Origin: Candidatus Scalindua sp.
GTDB taxonomy: Bacteria; Planctomycetota; Brocadiia; Brocadiales; Scalinduaceae
NCBI GenBank assembly: GCA_031316235.1
Contig: JALDRA010000001.1
Coordinates: 1,860,001-1,892,000, forward strand
Direction of reading: 5' to 3'
Length of the DNA: 32,000 nt
Shown: positions 31,616 through 32,000 of the stretch, one piece after another
How positions within the stretch are numbered: position 1 is the stretch's first letter
Layout: every line of letters begins with the position of its first letter
Program-made: the position numbers and the translations under genes
The notes under the pieces: generated by a model
Seen by the model: the letters and a program-made list of their open reading frames with translations, nothing else
Told to the model about the DNA's origin: nothing
The model's database searches: none

Positions 31616-32000
31616 TTATTTAACAACATCCTCAGCGATTATCCATATTCCATAAATCTGAAGAAATCTCCCTTCCACTCCAGAACGAGCCTCGATTAAT
31701 GACCGCGCACTGTCAGCATATTGGAAACGCTCGCTGGTTCTTTGCTTTATCCATGCACCTGAAGACGATGAGAATTCCAGGCAGAAGTTAAAAATTTCGA
31801 TGTTTGCCTTGTCAGCATAATATCGCAAATGAGAACCTGCAACTTCATCCGTACTTAATATATCATCTATATATGAAACTTTTAATCGATAAAAACGTTT
31901 TGTCCCTGTAATCGGTGAAAGAAAATGGGGAGCCAAACCACCAGGTATCATTTTGCTGACTGGTGAATAAGTGGTGCTTGATGTGGCAAAAATATAGTCT
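31616..32000 (-). CDS. Hypothetical protein, probably 5'-truncated by the window edge
   Basis: The track starts this ORF at ATG 31951, but the reading frame stays open upstream to nt 32000 (…DYIFATSSTTYSPVSK-MIPGG…). No motif recognised. Confidence 0.45.
   Translation of the reverse strand, partial: DYIFATSSTTYSPVSKMIPGGLAPHFLSPITGTKRFYRLKVSYIDDILSTDEVAGSHLRYYADKANIEIFNFCLEFSSSSGAWIKQRTSERFQYADSARSLIEARSGVEGRFLQIYGIWIIAEDVVK

Noticed and set aside
1-32000. Scan for CRISPR arrays, tRNA/rRNA genes, transposases, integrases and prophage genes
   Set aside because: I saw no regularly spaced repeat-spacer array, no tRNA T-loop/cloverleaf candidates in the intergenic regions, and no DDE/tyrosine-recombinase-like ORFs. 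The absence is based on visual inspection only; tRNAscan-SE, Infernal or ISEScan would confirm.

Overview
32-kb chromosomal window, roughly 40% GC by eye (not computed). It probably comes from an anammox-type planctomycete (Brocadiales-like). That is an inference from a secreted octaheme hydroxylamine-oxidoreductase (HAO)-like cytochrome c gene and cannot be confirmed without a database search. Left to right: the 3' end of glgA; a secreted PhoA-type alkaline phosphatase (-); a 1.27-kb ORF-free gap holding a 48-bp palindrome; an orphan OmpR/PhoB response regulator; tdh-kbl (threonine to glycine); a lipoprotein; an SNF2 helicase plus SWIM zinc-finger pair, where the SWIM protein ends in a histone-H1-like lysine tail; a multiply disrupted HTH-Fic pseudogene; and a 1,648-aa orphan protein with beta-solenoid-like repeats and a C-terminal membrane anchor, which is the most unusual element. 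Next is a minus-strand glycine-cleavage/lipoylation operon gcvH-gcvPA-gcvPB-lipA-lplA-lpd with no gcvT. Divergent from it is cobS-cobU-tal, preceded by a near-consensus promoter and a ~245-nt structured leader (candidate cobalamin riboswitch). A SorC-type regulator then sits divergent from the HAO-like gene across a 680-bp AT-rich, repeat-rich control region that contains a C11 tract. A PilZ-domain protein and an ORF running off the right edge finish the window. I recognised no rRNA, tRNA, CRISPR array, transposase or integrase. All calls come from reading the sequence and ORF track and from remembered family motifs; no searches or folding programs were run.
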